DNA from: Vibrio cholerae ATCC 14035
GTDB lineage: Bacteria; Pseudomonadota; Gammaproteobacteria; Enterobacterales; Vibrionaceae
NCBI RefSeq assembly: GCF_000621645.1
Contig: NZ_JHXR01000004.1
Location: forward strand, 150,001-182,000
Direction: 5' to 3'
DNA length: 32,000 bases
Made by a program: the position numbers and the translations under genes. Below, in pieces: positions 17,006 to 25,574 of this stretch (positions within the stretch are counted from its first letter, which is position 1; every line of letters begins with the position of its first letter). The notes below the pieces were generated by a model. That model was not told where the DNA came from, made no database searches, and saw only the letters and a program-made list of their open reading frames with translations.

Positions 17006-17484
17006 CTCTCTTCTCCTTTCCATAACCGTTTGATGGAAAACCCACGCTGAAACAGGTGTGTCGATGGCGAAACGAATGTGTTACGCGAGCCTGAAGGATT
17101 GCTACTGTGTTTACCACATCCTCGTTCACCATGGACTTTATTTGGTGAGGCTTTGCCATAACTTAAATCCGTGATTGGCTGTAACTGTGTTAATACCAGA
17201 TCGGTTAAAGCAACTCCCCTAGGTAAAGCATAGACGCGGATCCCTGCGTTAAACAAGGCTTGCAGCATGGATTGTCCGATTTGGCTAACCGCAACTCCTT
17301 CGATTTGATAGTGGCGGAGCTGATGCAGAATCGCTGACTTTTTGCCACAGGACTTTGATGGGTCAAGTTCAAGATGGAATTCCGCTTGTAACTGCTGTGT
17401 ATTGGAATCGATAACGGAAAATGAGGGCGCTTTGGCAAAATGGTTAAACGGCACACCGTGGCGGCTAGGAACGGCTAGAATCAT
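17002..17484 (-). CDS. NifX/NifB-C-terminal/NafY-like domain protein (dinitrogenase FeMo-cofactor-binding family, PF02579-like) with a basic Ser/Gly-rich tail
   Basis: 160 aa. MILAVPSRHGVPFNHFAKAPSFSVID...GVAVSQIGQSMLQALFNAGIRVYAL fits the family pattern (kiAv...HFG.a..F.i.d...vi.g.iG..a...L...GI.vy). AGGAG Shine-Dalgarno at 8 nt. Its stop overlaps the downstream ATG (ATGA). Confidence 0.7.
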   Translation of the reverse strand: MILAVPSRHGVPFNHFAKAPSFSVIDSNTQQLQAEFHLELDPSKSCGKKSAILHQLRHYQIEGVAVSQIGQSMLQALFNAGIRVYALPRGVALTDLVLTQLQPITDLSYGKASPNKVHGERGCGKHSSNPSGSRNTFVSPSTHLFQRGFSIKRLWKGEER

Positions 17485-17524
17485 TTTAGTTCTCCTAAAT
17501 AAGATTACGTCGCTATCTTGCGCC

Positions 17525-17548
17525 CATTATTGGCATATGCCAATAATG
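17525..17548. promoter_or_regulatory. 24-bp perfect palindrome CATTATTGGCATATGCCAATAATG upstream of the NifX-like gene
   Basis: Read directly from the sequence. Its centre is about 52 bp upstream of ATG 17484, so it overlaps the expected promoter. No T-run follows, so it is not a terminator. This makes it a candidate dimeric-regulator operator. Confidence 0.45.
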
Positions 17549-17877
17549 AAATCAGCAAACTTATCTGTCGTCTCTGTGGAGCGTGAGTAGCGAATGAATG
17601 GGTATTTTTCGTCATCTTGTTAAAACACCATCTATACTTCTATCACTTCATAAGCAGCTCAATTCTTATCACCACCATTAGCTTGGTGTAAGCGTTATCA
17701 CTCATTGTTTTTTTAGATATGACATTATGCCACTGAGTGAGCACGGATATTGTCATCATATAAGGGCTAAATTGTTATTGAGTTCAAACTATTTAAACAA
17801 ATGGTTACAGTTTGGCAGTTTGAAGAACAATTTTTTAACTGGTTCACATTAATTGTGTTTTTTAAAACTATACTTCT

Positions 17878-17893
17878 GAGTAAACGTTTTCAC
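17878..17893. promoter_or_regulatory. LacI-family (GalR/GalS-type) operator candidate upstream of mglB
   Basis: GAGTAAACGTTTTCAC compared with the GTGnAAnCGnTTnCAC pattern: the right half-site is perfect and the left has one mismatch. It lies 90 bp upstream of the mglB ATG. Confidence 0.45.
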
Positions 17894-17982
17894 TGACTGT
17901 GCAAGTGGATTTTTGTACAAAAAGGTCGAGTAAGCGTTGTTCCCTACACACGTAATACAAAACAACAAATAGGACTTGTTCA

Positions 17983-18957
17983 ATGAGAAAGTTAACTGTT
18001 TTAGCAATGCTTTCTGCTGGTATGGGTTTTGGTACACAAGCTCTGGCAGATACCACCATTGGCTTTACCATCTACAAATACGATGACAACTTTATGTCGG
18101 TTGTTCGCCAAGCGATTGAAAAAGAAGCTGCGGCGGATAGCAACACGCGTATCCTCATGAATGACTCGCAAAATAGCCAGTCGATGCAAAATGACCAAGT
18201 CGATGTGATGTTGGCGCGTGGCGTACAAGCGCTCGCGATCAACCTTGTTGACCCGGCGGCTGCACCCACCATCATCCAGAAAGCTAAAATCGACGACGTT
18301 CCTGTGGTGTTTTACAACAAAGAACCGTCCGCTGAAGCGATGGCCAGTTATGACAAAGCGTTTTATGTCGGAACTGACTCTAAAGAGTCTGGCATCATTC
18401 AAGGCGATTTGATTTCTGCGCAGTGGAAAGCTAACCCAGCGTGGGATAAAAACGGCGATGGTGTACTGCAATACGTTATGCTGAAAGGCGAACCAGGCCA
18501 CCCAGATGCGGAAGCGCGTACCACTTACTCCGTGCAAACCATCAACGACAACGGCATCAAAACTCAAGAACTGCACATGGATACCGGCATGTGGGATACC
18601 GCGATGGCCAAAGACAAGATGGACGCGTGGCTCTCTGGTCCTAACGGCAGCAAGATCGAAGTCGTGATTGCCAACAACGACGGTATGGCGATGGGCGCGA
18701 TTGAAGCTCTGCGCGGTGCTGGCCAAAAAATCCCAGTATTTGGTGTCGATGCTCTGGCAGAAGCCTTGGCACTCATTAAGTCCGGCGACATGGCGGGTAC
18801 GGTGCTGAATGATGCGCAAAACCAAGCTAAAGCGACCTTTGAATTGGCGCGTAATCTAGCCAATGGCAAACCTGCTGCCGAAGGCACTCAGTGGACTATT
18901 GAGAATAAGGTCGTTCGCGTACCTTACGTAGGCGTTGACATCAATAACGTCGAATAA
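17983..18957 (+). CDS. mglB: Periplasmic D-galactose/D-glucose-binding protein MglB
   Basis: 324 aa, near-collinear with E. coli MglB as I recall it ([21 protein letters not shown]..., [69 protein letters not shown]). Confidence 0.95.
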   Translation: MRKLTVLAMLSAGMGFGTQALADTTIGFTIYKYDDNFMSVVRQAIEKEAAADSNTRILMNDSQNSQSMQNDQVDVMLARGVQALAINLVDPAAAPTIIQKAKIDDVPVVFYNKEPSAEAMASYDKAFYVGTDSKESGIIQGDLISAQWKANPAWDKNGDGVLQYVMLKGEPGHPDAEARTTYSVQTINDNGIKTQELHMDTGMWDTAMAKDKMDAWLSGPNGSKIEVVIANNDGMAMGAIEALRGAGQKIPVFGVDALAEALALIKSGDMAGTVLNDAQNQAKATFELARNLANGKPAAEGTQWTIENKVVRVPYVGVDINNVE

Positions 18958-18966
18958 CCTTGGCGA

Positions 18967-18994
18967 GAAGAGGGGAAGGAAACATCCCCTCTTC
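18967..18994 (+). terminator. Intercistronic stem-loop after mglB (attenuator / mRNA-stabiliser type, no T-run)
   Basis: GAAGAGGGGA-AGGAAACA-TCCCCTCTTC is a 10-bp perfect stem, 10 nt after the mglB stop. Confidence 0.6.
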
Positions 18995-19007
18995 ACAATC
19001 CCTTCTT

Positions 19008-19042
19008 ATGTTGAAGCTGCAACGCTAAGTAATTTGGATATA
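19008..19042. repeat. Short ERIC-like derivative (both ends retained, core deleted)
   Basis: GTTGAAGCTGCAACG...GTAATTTGGATATA resembles the two termini of the full copies (TTGAAGCTGCAGCG ... GTTTGGGTATGA). Confidence 0.35.
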
Positions 19043-19162
19043 TTTTTGCAACATCGAAAGATTCAGCGACAGATCAACGGATTTGCCGCACAGAGATATC
19101 ACGCCGTGTGTACCACGCATTGATATGGGTTGTCTGAATTTTTGCATAATAAAAGTGATGCC

Positions 19163-20671
19163 ATGGTCAATCAAACACATGAATTCCTGTTGGAAATGAC
19201 AGGGGTGAGTAAAGAGTTCCCCGGAGTGAAAGCTCTGGATAAGGTGAATTTAAAAGTGCGTCCGCATTCGGTTCATGCCTTGATGGGTGAAAATGGCGCA
19301 GGCAAATCCACCTTGTTGAAATGCTTATTTGGTATTTATGAGAAAGATGAAGGCGATATCATTTTTCTTGGCCAGCATGTGAACTTTTCCTCATCAAAAG
19401 AGGCGCTGGAATCCGGTGTCTCTATGGTTCACCAAGAGTTGAACCAAGTAAAACAGTGCTCGGTGATGGATAATATTTGGCTTGGCCGTTATCCCACCAA
19501 AGGATTTTTTGTCGATCACGACAAAATGTATCGGGATACCAAAGCGATTTTTGCCGAACTCGATATTGATATCGATCCGAAGGTCAAAGTCGCGACCTTG
19601 TCGGTTTCACAGATGCAGATGCTCGAGATCGCCAAAGCGTTTTCCTACGATGCCAAAGTGGTGATCATGGATGAACCTACCTCATCCCTGACCGAAAAAG
19701 AGGTAAACCATCTTTTTACCATCATCAAAAAGCTCAAAGAAAAAGGCTGTGGGGTGGTGTACATCTCGCACAAAATGGAAGAGATCTTTTCTATTTGCGA
19801 TGAGATCACCATTTTGCGTGATGGCCAGTGGGTCGATACGCGTCCGTTGAAAGGGTTGGACATGGACAAGATCATTTCGATGATGGTTGGCCGTGAACTG
19901 ACCCAGCGTTTCCCTGAAAAAAGCAACGAACCGAAGAATGTCATTCTTGAGGTGAAGAATCTCACCGCACTCAATCAACCCTCGATTCAAGATATTTCGT
20001 TTGAACTACGAGCTGGGGAAATTTTGGGCGTGGCGGGTCTCGTCGGTTCGCGCCGTACCGACATTGTGGAGACCATTTTTGGTGTGCGTGAACGCAGTGC
20101 CGGACATATTCTGCTCCATGGTCGTGAAATGAAAAATCACGATGCGCATGAAGCGATCAGAAACGGTTTTGCACTCGTGACCGAAGAGCGCCGCTCGACG
20201 GGGATTTACTCCAATCTCGACATCACTTTTAACTCGTTAGTTGCCAACGTGGACGAGTACAAAACGCCTTACGGTCTACTCAGTGACAAGAAGATGAAAA
20301 GTGATACGCAATGGGTGATTGATTCTATGCGGGTGAAAACCCCGTCGCATCAAACTCATATCGGTTCGCTTTCCGGTGGTAACCAGCAAAAAGTCATCAT
20401 CGGGCGCTGGCTGCTGACTCAACCCGAGATTTTGATGTTGGATGAACCGACACGCGGTATTGATGTGGGCGCAAAGTACGAAATTTATCAGCTGATTTTA
20501 GAGCTGGCCAAGAAAGACAAAGGCATCATCATTATTTCCTCTGAGATGCCGGAACTGCTCGGAATTACCGACCGGATCATGGTGATGAGCAACGGCCGCA
20601 ATGCAGGCATTGTGAATACCAAACAAACTTCTCAGAACGAAATTCTAGAACTGGCCTCTCGATACCTCTAA
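19163..20671 (+). CDS. mglA: Galactose/methyl-galactoside ABC transporter ATP-binding protein MglA
   Basis: The ORF track starts at TTG 19130. ATG 19163 gives [25 protein letters not shown], which aligns with the E. coli MglA N-terminus. The duplicated ABC cassette has GENGAGKST and two [15 protein letters not shown] signatures. Confidence 0.95.
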   Translation: MVNQTHEFLLEMTGVSKEFPGVKALDKVNLKVRPHSVHALMGENGAGKSTLLKCLFGIYEKDEGDIIFLGQHVNFSSSKEALESGVSMVHQELNQVKQCSVMDNIWLGRYPTKGFFVDHDKMYRDTKAIFAELDIDIDPKVKVATLSVSQMQMLEIAKAFSYDAKVVIMDEPTSSLTEKEVNHLFTIIKKLKEKGCGVVYISHKMEEIFSICDEITILRDGQWVDTRPLKGLDMDKIISMMVGRELTQRFPEKSNEPKNVILEVKNLTALNQPSIQDISFELRAGEILGVAGLVGSRRTDIVETIFGVRERSAGHILLHGREMKNHDAHEAIRNGFALVTEERRSTGIYSNLDITFNSLVANVDEYKTPYGLLSDKKMKSDTQWVIDSMRVKTPSHQTHIGSLSGGNQQKVIIGRWLLTQPEILMLDEPTRGIDVGAKYEIYQLILELAKKDKGIIIISSEMPELLGITDRIMVMSNGRNAGIVNTKQTSQNEILELASRYL

Positions 20672-20675
20672 GGAA

Positions 20676-21689
20676 ATGACTATGGATGCTGTCAAATCAT
20701 TTGCAATTAAACATTTAAAAGAGGGCGCAATCTACGCAGTGCTGTTTATTCTGCTGGCGATTATTGTGATTCAAGAGCCCTCATTTCTAAGCTTACGTAA
20801 CCTCAGTAATATCCTGACTCAATCCTCGGTGCGCGTGATTATTGCGTTGGGGGTAGCAGGTTTGATTGTGACTCAAGGCACTGACTTATCAGCTGGTCGC
20901 CAAGTGGGTCTCGCCGCGGTGATTTCCGCTACTTTGTTGCAATCAATGGATAACGTGAACAAAGTATTCCCAAGCTTGGGTGAAATTCCGATTCTTGCGG
21001 TCATCATTAGTGTCTGCTTGATTGGTGCGATTATCGGTTTGGTCAACGGTGTGATCGTCGCTTACCTCAAAGTAACGCCGTTTATCGCGACCTTAGGCAC
21101 CATGATCATCGTCTACGGCATTAACTCGCTGTACTACGACTCGGTCGGTGCATCACCGATTGCGGGTTTTGATGAACGCTTCACTACCTTCACTCAAGGC
21201 TTTATCCGAATTGGGGATTTTCGGTTCTCCTACATCACCTTCTACGCCATTATCGCGATCATTTTTATGTGGGTACTGTGGAATAAAACCGTGTTCGGCA
21301 AAAACATTTTTGCGGTTGGTGGAAACCCAGAAGCGGCGAAAGTGTCGGGTGTTAACGTGCCTTTGACTCTGCTTAAAGTGTATGCGCTTTCCGGTGTGTT
21401 CTATGCGTTTGGCGGTATGCTCGAAGCGGGACGAATTGGTAGTGCTACCAACAACTTAGGCTTCTTATATGAGTTGGATGCGATTGCGGCGTGTGTGGTG
21501 GGCGGTGTCTCATTCGCTGGCGGGGTGGGGAGTATCGCTGGGGTCGTAACCGGGGTACTGATCTTCACAGTAATCAACTACGGTATGACCTACATCGGCG
21601 TTAGCCCATACTGGCAGTACATCATTAAAGGCTCGATCATCATCTTCGCTGTAGCGCTGGATTCAATGAAATACGCCAATAAGAAGTAA
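20676..21689 (+). CDS. mglC: Galactose/methyl-galactoside ABC transporter permease MglC
   Basis: 337 aa, near-collinear with E. coli MglC (LSNILTQSSVRVIIALGVAGLIVTQGTDLSAGRQVGLAAV..., NPEAAKVSGVNV, YWQYIIKGSIIIFAVALDS.KYA.KK). The alternative start ATG 20682 has better spacing to the AAGGA at 20670-20674. Confidence 0.95.
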   Translation: MTMDAVKSFAIKHLKEGAIYAVLFILLAIIVIQEPSFLSLRNLSNILTQSSVRVIIALGVAGLIVTQGTDLSAGRQVGLAAVISATLLQSMDNVNKVFPSLGEIPILAVIISVCLIGAIIGLVNGVIVAYLKVTPFIATLGTMIIVYGINSLYYDSVGASPIAGFDERFTTFTQGFIRIGDFRFSYITFYAIIAIIFMWVLWNKTVFGKNIFAVGGNPEAAKVSGVNVPLTLLKVYALSGVFYAFGGMLEAGRIGSATNNLGFLYELDAIAACVVGGVSFAGGVGSIAGVVTGVLIFTVINYGMTYIGVSPYWQYIIKGSIIIFAVALDSMKYANKK

Positions 21690-21714
21690 GCAGATTGTCG
21701 ATTTGTCTGTTTTT

Positions 21715-21742
21715 AAGGCCTGATGATTATCAGGCCTTTTTA
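21715..21742 (+). terminator. Rho-independent terminator of the mgl operon
   Basis: AAGGCCTGAT-GATT-ATCAGGCCTT is a 10-bp stem running into a T-run (TTTTTAT). Confidence 0.85.
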
Positions 21743-22098
21743 TTGGGTATATGTGGAGGATTGAATTACTACTTTTGGATGAACACGGTGAGGATACGTT
21801 CTGAATATAAAACAACTAAATATAAAATAATGTATGGTTTCGAAAGCGTTAGACTGAATGCTGAAGAACTTTTTGATATAGAGAGATGAGTAAACGATGT
21901 TGTGTAATTTAGTTACCAAAAGTGAATGAATTATTTGACTTTCATTTTTTGTGTTTATGAGTAAAATGCCGACTCTTTTCTCAATGTCGATAGTCTCTAA
22001 GGTTCATAATCTGATTATTGTGAATTAATGAGTTAAATTTAATCGATTTTGTGCAAAAGACATTCGTTATTACTATAAATACCTAAAGGTTATTTTTT

Positions 22099-22737
22099 AT
22101 GAAAACAGTTATTTCTTTGCTTGCTACTAGCATTTTATTCGCGTCCTCTGTGCAAGCGGAAACAACCCAAGAAACCATGTCCAACAACCAATTTGGTATT
22201 AGTTTCAAAAGCTCTGATTTTGGTAATGATTTCAACAAAGATACAAGTTCAGATCTCAAAGATATCGATGAAAAATTCGCCATGCTAGGTATTCATTGGG
22301 GCGCGACAAAGCAACTGAATGAACAGCAATTGACCACTCGCTATGTGTTTTTAGATTATGGTAATACGGAAATTACACTATTTGATGCATACAATAAGCT
22401 TGTCGTCGAGCGTCAACTCGCGATCCTTGGTGTAGGGCAGAATATTCAACATAACTTCAATGATCTGTTTTACGTAAAAGCGGGTGCAGAGATTGGTCTA
22501 TATCATGATGAATTAGATGTCTCAGTAAGAAGCTTAAGTCGTGCTGACAAAAATCAAAGTAATACTGGAGCTTTGCTCGCAGCGTCTGTTGGTGCTGGCA
22601 TTATGTTCACTGAACATTGGAATTTAGAGTTAGGTTATAAGTATCAATATCTGGCTAGCAACAAATTTGATGGCTTGGACAATGTTAACTTTACTAAAGC
22701 CAGCCAAGTATTTCTTGGTGTGAACTATAACTACTAA
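22099..22737 (+). CDS. Small outer-membrane beta-barrel protein (OmpA-like 8-strand / OMP_b-brl type)
   Basis: 212 aa with signal peptide MKTVISLLATSILFASSVQA, alternating hydrophobic beta-strand pattern and a C-terminal ...VFLGVNYNY aromatic terminus. The gene and its flanks look AT-rich compared with their neighbours. Confidence 0.7.
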   Translation: MKTVISLLATSILFASSVQAETTQETMSNNQFGISFKSSDFGNDFNKDTSSDLKDIDEKFAMLGIHWGATKQLNEQQLTTRYVFLDYGNTEITLFDAYNKLVVERQLAILGVGQNIQHNFNDLFYVKAGAEIGLYHDELDVSVRSLSRADKNQSNTGALLAASVGAGIMFTEHWNLELGYKYQYLASNKFDGLDNVNFTKASQVFLGVNYNY

Positions 22738-22808
22738 TCTATTTTTCTAAAAGACTTGCTAGGGTTATCAGTTACAAACTAAAGCGAGCTTGAAAAATAT
22801 CCCTTTCC

Positions 22809-22922
22809 TACTTGAAGCTGCAGCGGTGTTGGTTACGTTTGTTCACTCCAATCACAGTGTTTATCTATGCTCATGGGGATAAACTCACTTGCTGCCTGTA
22901 ACTCCAAGCCGTTTGGGTATGA
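22809..22922. repeat. ERIC-like intergenic repeat, near full length
   Basis: TACTTGAAGCTGCAGCGGTGTTGGTTACGTTTGTTCACTCCAATCACAGTGTTTATCTATGCTCATGGGGATAAACTCACTTGCTGCCTGTAACTCCAAGCCGTTTGGGTATGA. It aligns with copy 11150-11268 and with the ERIC consensus as I remember it. Confidence 0.75.
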
Positions 22923-22932
22923 TAGCTAATCG

Positions 22933-22958
22933 AGCCGCCAATTTAGGCGGCTTTTTTA
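22933..22958 (+). terminator. Rho-independent terminator downstream of the OMP gene
   Basis: AGCCGCC-AATTTA-GGCGGCT followed by TTTTTT. Confidence 0.8.
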
Positions 22959-23057
22959 CAGCATAAACTGAATGTCGACAAAGGATAGAACAGTGGTAGA
23001 GTGTGCAAAGTACAAGTAGGCAGGGTGCATTGCCATTATGAATAAATGACATGATTT

Positions 23058-23885
23058 ATGAGTCACAATAATAAGGATAAAAAATCGATGCTCAAACGGC
23101 CTTTTAGCGCTCTGCTGATAATATTACTCGCTGCCTGTTCAACACATCACTCAGATGAATATGCCATTAGTATTAGCGAGCGTACTCTTGAGAAAGTAAA
23201 CGCTATTATCGAAAGTGAAATAAAACCGAATGCATATTTAGCATCGGGTGACTTACTCGTTCATACATCTCGCTTATTTATGGATACTCCCTATCAAGCG
23301 AATACATTAGTTCATCATTCCGACCTGCCATACGCGCTAGTAGTGAACTTTGATGGGATGGATTGTTTTACCTATTTAGATTATGTCGTAGCGTTAAGCC
23401 AAGCTTCCGATACGCCATCATTTTTCAGTTCCCTGATGAATATTCGCTATAAAAAGTCCCATATTCATTTTTATGACCGCAAGCACTTCTTCAGTGATTG
23501 GTATGCATTATCACCACAGATTGCTATCGATATTACTGAAAAGATGAGTCCTGATGCTATCACTATACCTAAACAGTTAAATCAAAAAGTAGAAGGCGGG
23601 AAATATATTCAAGGTTTAGGAGTTATTCCACGAATGATCACTTATATTCCGAGTGATAAAATTACTCAATCTGTCCTCGATAATCTGCAAAATGGTGACT
23701 TAGTTGGGGTTTATTCTCCAAAAATAGGGTTAGATGTCACTCACACCGGCATTATCGTTAAAGAAAATAATCAAATTCTCTACCGTAACGCTTCATCCTT
23801 ATCCAAATACAATAAAGTTGTCGATCTTCCTTTTATGGATTATATCCGTTCAAAACCCGGAATTGTGGTTTTGCGGGTCGAATGA
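23058..23885 (+). CDS. Lipoprotein, probable Cys/His hydrolase (possibly a DUF1460-type NlpC/P60-fold amidase)
   Basis: The lipobox LLAAC lies in MLKRPFSALLIILLAACS, so an alternative start at ATG 23088 is plausible. The motif FMDTPYQANTL...LVVNFDGMDCFTYLDYVVAL plus a downstream DVTHTGIIV fits my recollection of DUF1460. This is not HMM-verified. Confidence 0.6.
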   Translation: MSHNNKDKKSMLKRPFSALLIILLAACSTHHSDEYAISISERTLEKVNAIIESEIKPNAYLASGDLLVHTSRLFMDTPYQANTLVHHSDLPYALVVNFDGMDCFTYLDYVVALSQASDTPSFFSSLMNIRYKKSHIHFYDRKHFFSDWYALSPQIAIDITEKMSPDAITIPKQLNQKVEGGKYIQGLGVIPRMITYIPSDKITQSVLDNLQNGDLVGVYSPKIGLDVTHTGIIVKENNQILYRNASSLSKYNKVVDLPFMDYIRSKPGIVVLRVE

Positions 23886-23980
23886 TTGATTTCTAATGAT
23901 GGAAATTATTGAGATATTTTAAACAATGGCTGGGAACGTCGATTGTTCCAAGAGTAGTGAACAGATCGTCGCGAAATATA

Positions 23981-24005
23981 GAAAAACGCCACCTTGCGGT
24001 GGCGT
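23981..24005 (-). terminator. Rho-independent terminator of tctCBA (minus strand); also sits after the convergent lipoprotein gene
   Basis: ACGCCACC-TTGC-GGTGGCGT (23986-24005). On the minus strand it is followed by TTTTT (complement of 23982-23986). Confidence 0.8.
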
Positions 24006-24035
24006 GCTTATCTTCTTGCAAAGAATAGACTTTAA

Positions 24036-25565
24036 TCAGTGCGGCAGCTTCACCCCTGTTGGACGCTTTTTACGCTCCATCAAGCGGCTAAACAGTGGGC
24101 TAAGTAGCGTCACAATTGCCAAGACTGTGAAGGCTAAAGTGATTGGGCGTTCCCACAGGAAGCTGATTTCGCCATCCGTAATGATCAACGCGCGGCGTAA
24201 GTTCTCTTCCATCAAACCGCCCAAAATAAAGCCGAGCAGGAGGGGAGCGAGTGGGAAGTTCGCTAGACGCAGGGCAATTGCGCCCATCGCGACCAGAATC
24301 ATCACATACACATCCATGGTATTGAACGACACCAAATACACGCCGGTGATGGAGAAGAACAGAATCATCGGCAGCAGTACAGTACGCGGTACTGCCAGCA
24401 GTTTGGAGATGTACGGAATCAACGGCAAGTTAAGGATCAGCAGTACGATGTTACCCACGTACATTGAGATGATCACTGACCAGAAAATATCGGGATGCTC
24501 AACAAACAGACGAGGCCCCGGTTGAATACCGTAAGCGATCAATGCGCCCAACATAATGGCTGTGGTGCCGGAACCCGGAATACCTAGCGTTAATAGTGGT
24601 ACGAATGAGCCGCTGGATGCTGCGTTGTTGGCCGATTCTGGTGCCACTAAGCCACGAAGCGAACCTTGACCGAACTCTTCTTTCTTATCTTTCGGGGCAA
24701 GATTACGCTCCATACCGTAAGCCAAGAAAGCGGCAATGGTTGCGCCTGCTCCGGGTAGTACGCCAGTGAAGAAACCAAGGATTGAGGAGCGCAGTGAAAC
24801 CGGAGCCGCTTCTTTGACTTCTTCCTTAGTCAGTTTCATGCTGCCGATGTTTTTCATCTGCTCTTGCTCGTTGGCACTGTTGTCTGCATCTGGTTTTAAA
24901 ATGCCCATTAAGGTTTCGCCAAGGGCAAAGGTCGCCATCGCTAAGAGTAGGAAGCTAAAGCCATCCATCAAATCGGTCAGACCGAAGGTGAAGCGTTCGA
25001 CACCAATACCTTTATCAATACCTACGGTGGAAAGCATTAAACCGAGTACAGTCATCATCCATGCCTTGATGACTTGGCCTTTGCCAGCAAAGGCGGCAAC
25101 GGCTGAAAGACCGACTAGCATGAGCGCGAAATAGTCGGAGGATTGGAAGCTGAGTGACACTTTCGCCAGAGCAGGCGCGGCAAACAGCAACATAATGGCA
25201 GACAGTGTACCGCCAGTGAAGGAAGCGTAAGCCGCCAATGCCAGAGCTTTACCCGCTTGGCCTTTTTGCGCCATTGGGTAGCCATCAAATGCGGTCACGA
25301 CGGTTGAAGAACACCCCGGTGCGTTGATCAAAATCGATGAGGTTGAGCCACCAAAAATCGCGCCGTAATAAACGCCAGCCATCAAAATCAGGCCAGAAGC
25401 GGGTTCTAACCCGTAAGTAATCGGGATCATCAGCGCAATCGCTGAAATGGGGCCTAAGCCCGGGAGCATGCCAATGAAGGTGCCGACAAAGCAGCCGATC
25501 ATGACCATCATCAGGTTGGTCGGCATTACCGCCGTTGCCAGCCCTTGTAAAATTCCGTCTAACAT
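24036..25565 (-). CDS. tctA: Tripartite tricarboxylate transporter large permease TctA
   Basis: 509 aa polytopic protein. GMLPGLGPISAIALMIP, DGYPMAQKGQAGKAL, GVLPGAGATIAAFLAYGMER, APESANNAASSGSFVPLLTLGIPGSGTTA and LGFILGGLMEENLRRAL track Salmonella TctA as I recall it. Confidence 0.9.
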   Translation of the reverse strand: MLDGILQGLATAVMPTNLMMVMIGCFVGTFIGMLPGLGPISAIALMIPITYGLEPASGLILMAGVYYGAIFGGSTSSILINAPGCSSTVVTAFDGYPMAQKGQAGKALALAAYASFTGGTLSAIMLLFAAPALAKVSLSFQSSDYFALMLVGLSAVAAFAGKGQVIKAWMMTVLGLMLSTVGIDKGIGVERFTFGLTDLMDGFSFLLLAMATFALGETLMGILKPDADNSANEQEQMKNIGSMKLTKEEVKEAAPVSLRSSILGFFTGVLPGAGATIAAFLAYGMERNLAPKDKKEEFGQGSLRGLVAPESANNAASSGSFVPLLTLGIPGSGTTAIMLGALIAYGIQPGPRLFVEHPDIFWSVIISMYVGNIVLLILNLPLIPYISKLLAVPRTVLLPMILFFSITGVYLVSFNTMDVYVMILVAMGAIALRLANFPLAPLLLGFILGGLMEENLRRALIITDGEISFLWERPITLAFTVLAIVTLLSPLFSRLMERKKRPTGVKLPH

Positions 25566-25574
25566 GATGATTTC

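Noticed and set aside
17641-17701. Three TATCAC hexamers spaced 26 and 29 bp apart (17641, 17667, 17696)
   Set aside because: A 6-mer recurring in AT-rich DNA with irregular spacing is within chance expectation.
17833-17848. Possible CRP site TTTTA-N6-TCACA upstream of mglB, and the nearby TCACA-TTAATT-GTGTT
   Set aside because: Only one half-site matches TGTGA-N6-TCACA, and the second candidate has the half-sites in the wrong (everted) order. This is not enough to call a feature.
18001-18825. 274-aa minus-strand ORF antisense to mglB (plus 18564-18887 and 18072-18275)
   Set aside because: It lies entirely inside the very confidently identified mglB. The product is Arg/His-rich and low-complexity with no Shine-Dalgarno or known motif, which is typical of an antisense shadow ORF.
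21695-21889. 64-aa ORF just after mglC
   Set aside because: It spans the mgl terminator hairpin and AT-rich spacer, with no ribosome-binding site.
11150-22922. Whether the repeats are integron VCR/attC sites, a CRISPR array or MITEs with transposase partners
   Set aside because: The copies are dispersed as single elements rather than arrayed with spacers. There is no integrase, cas or transposase gene in the window. The sequence resembles ERIC/IRU rather than the V. cholerae repeat of the chromosome II superintegron.
23926-24525. 199-aa plus-strand ORF overlapping the tctA 3' end, and the 132-aa ORF at 24736-25134
   Set aside because: Both are antisense to the confidently assigned tctA. The products are Arg/Ser/Ile-rich with no recognisable domain.
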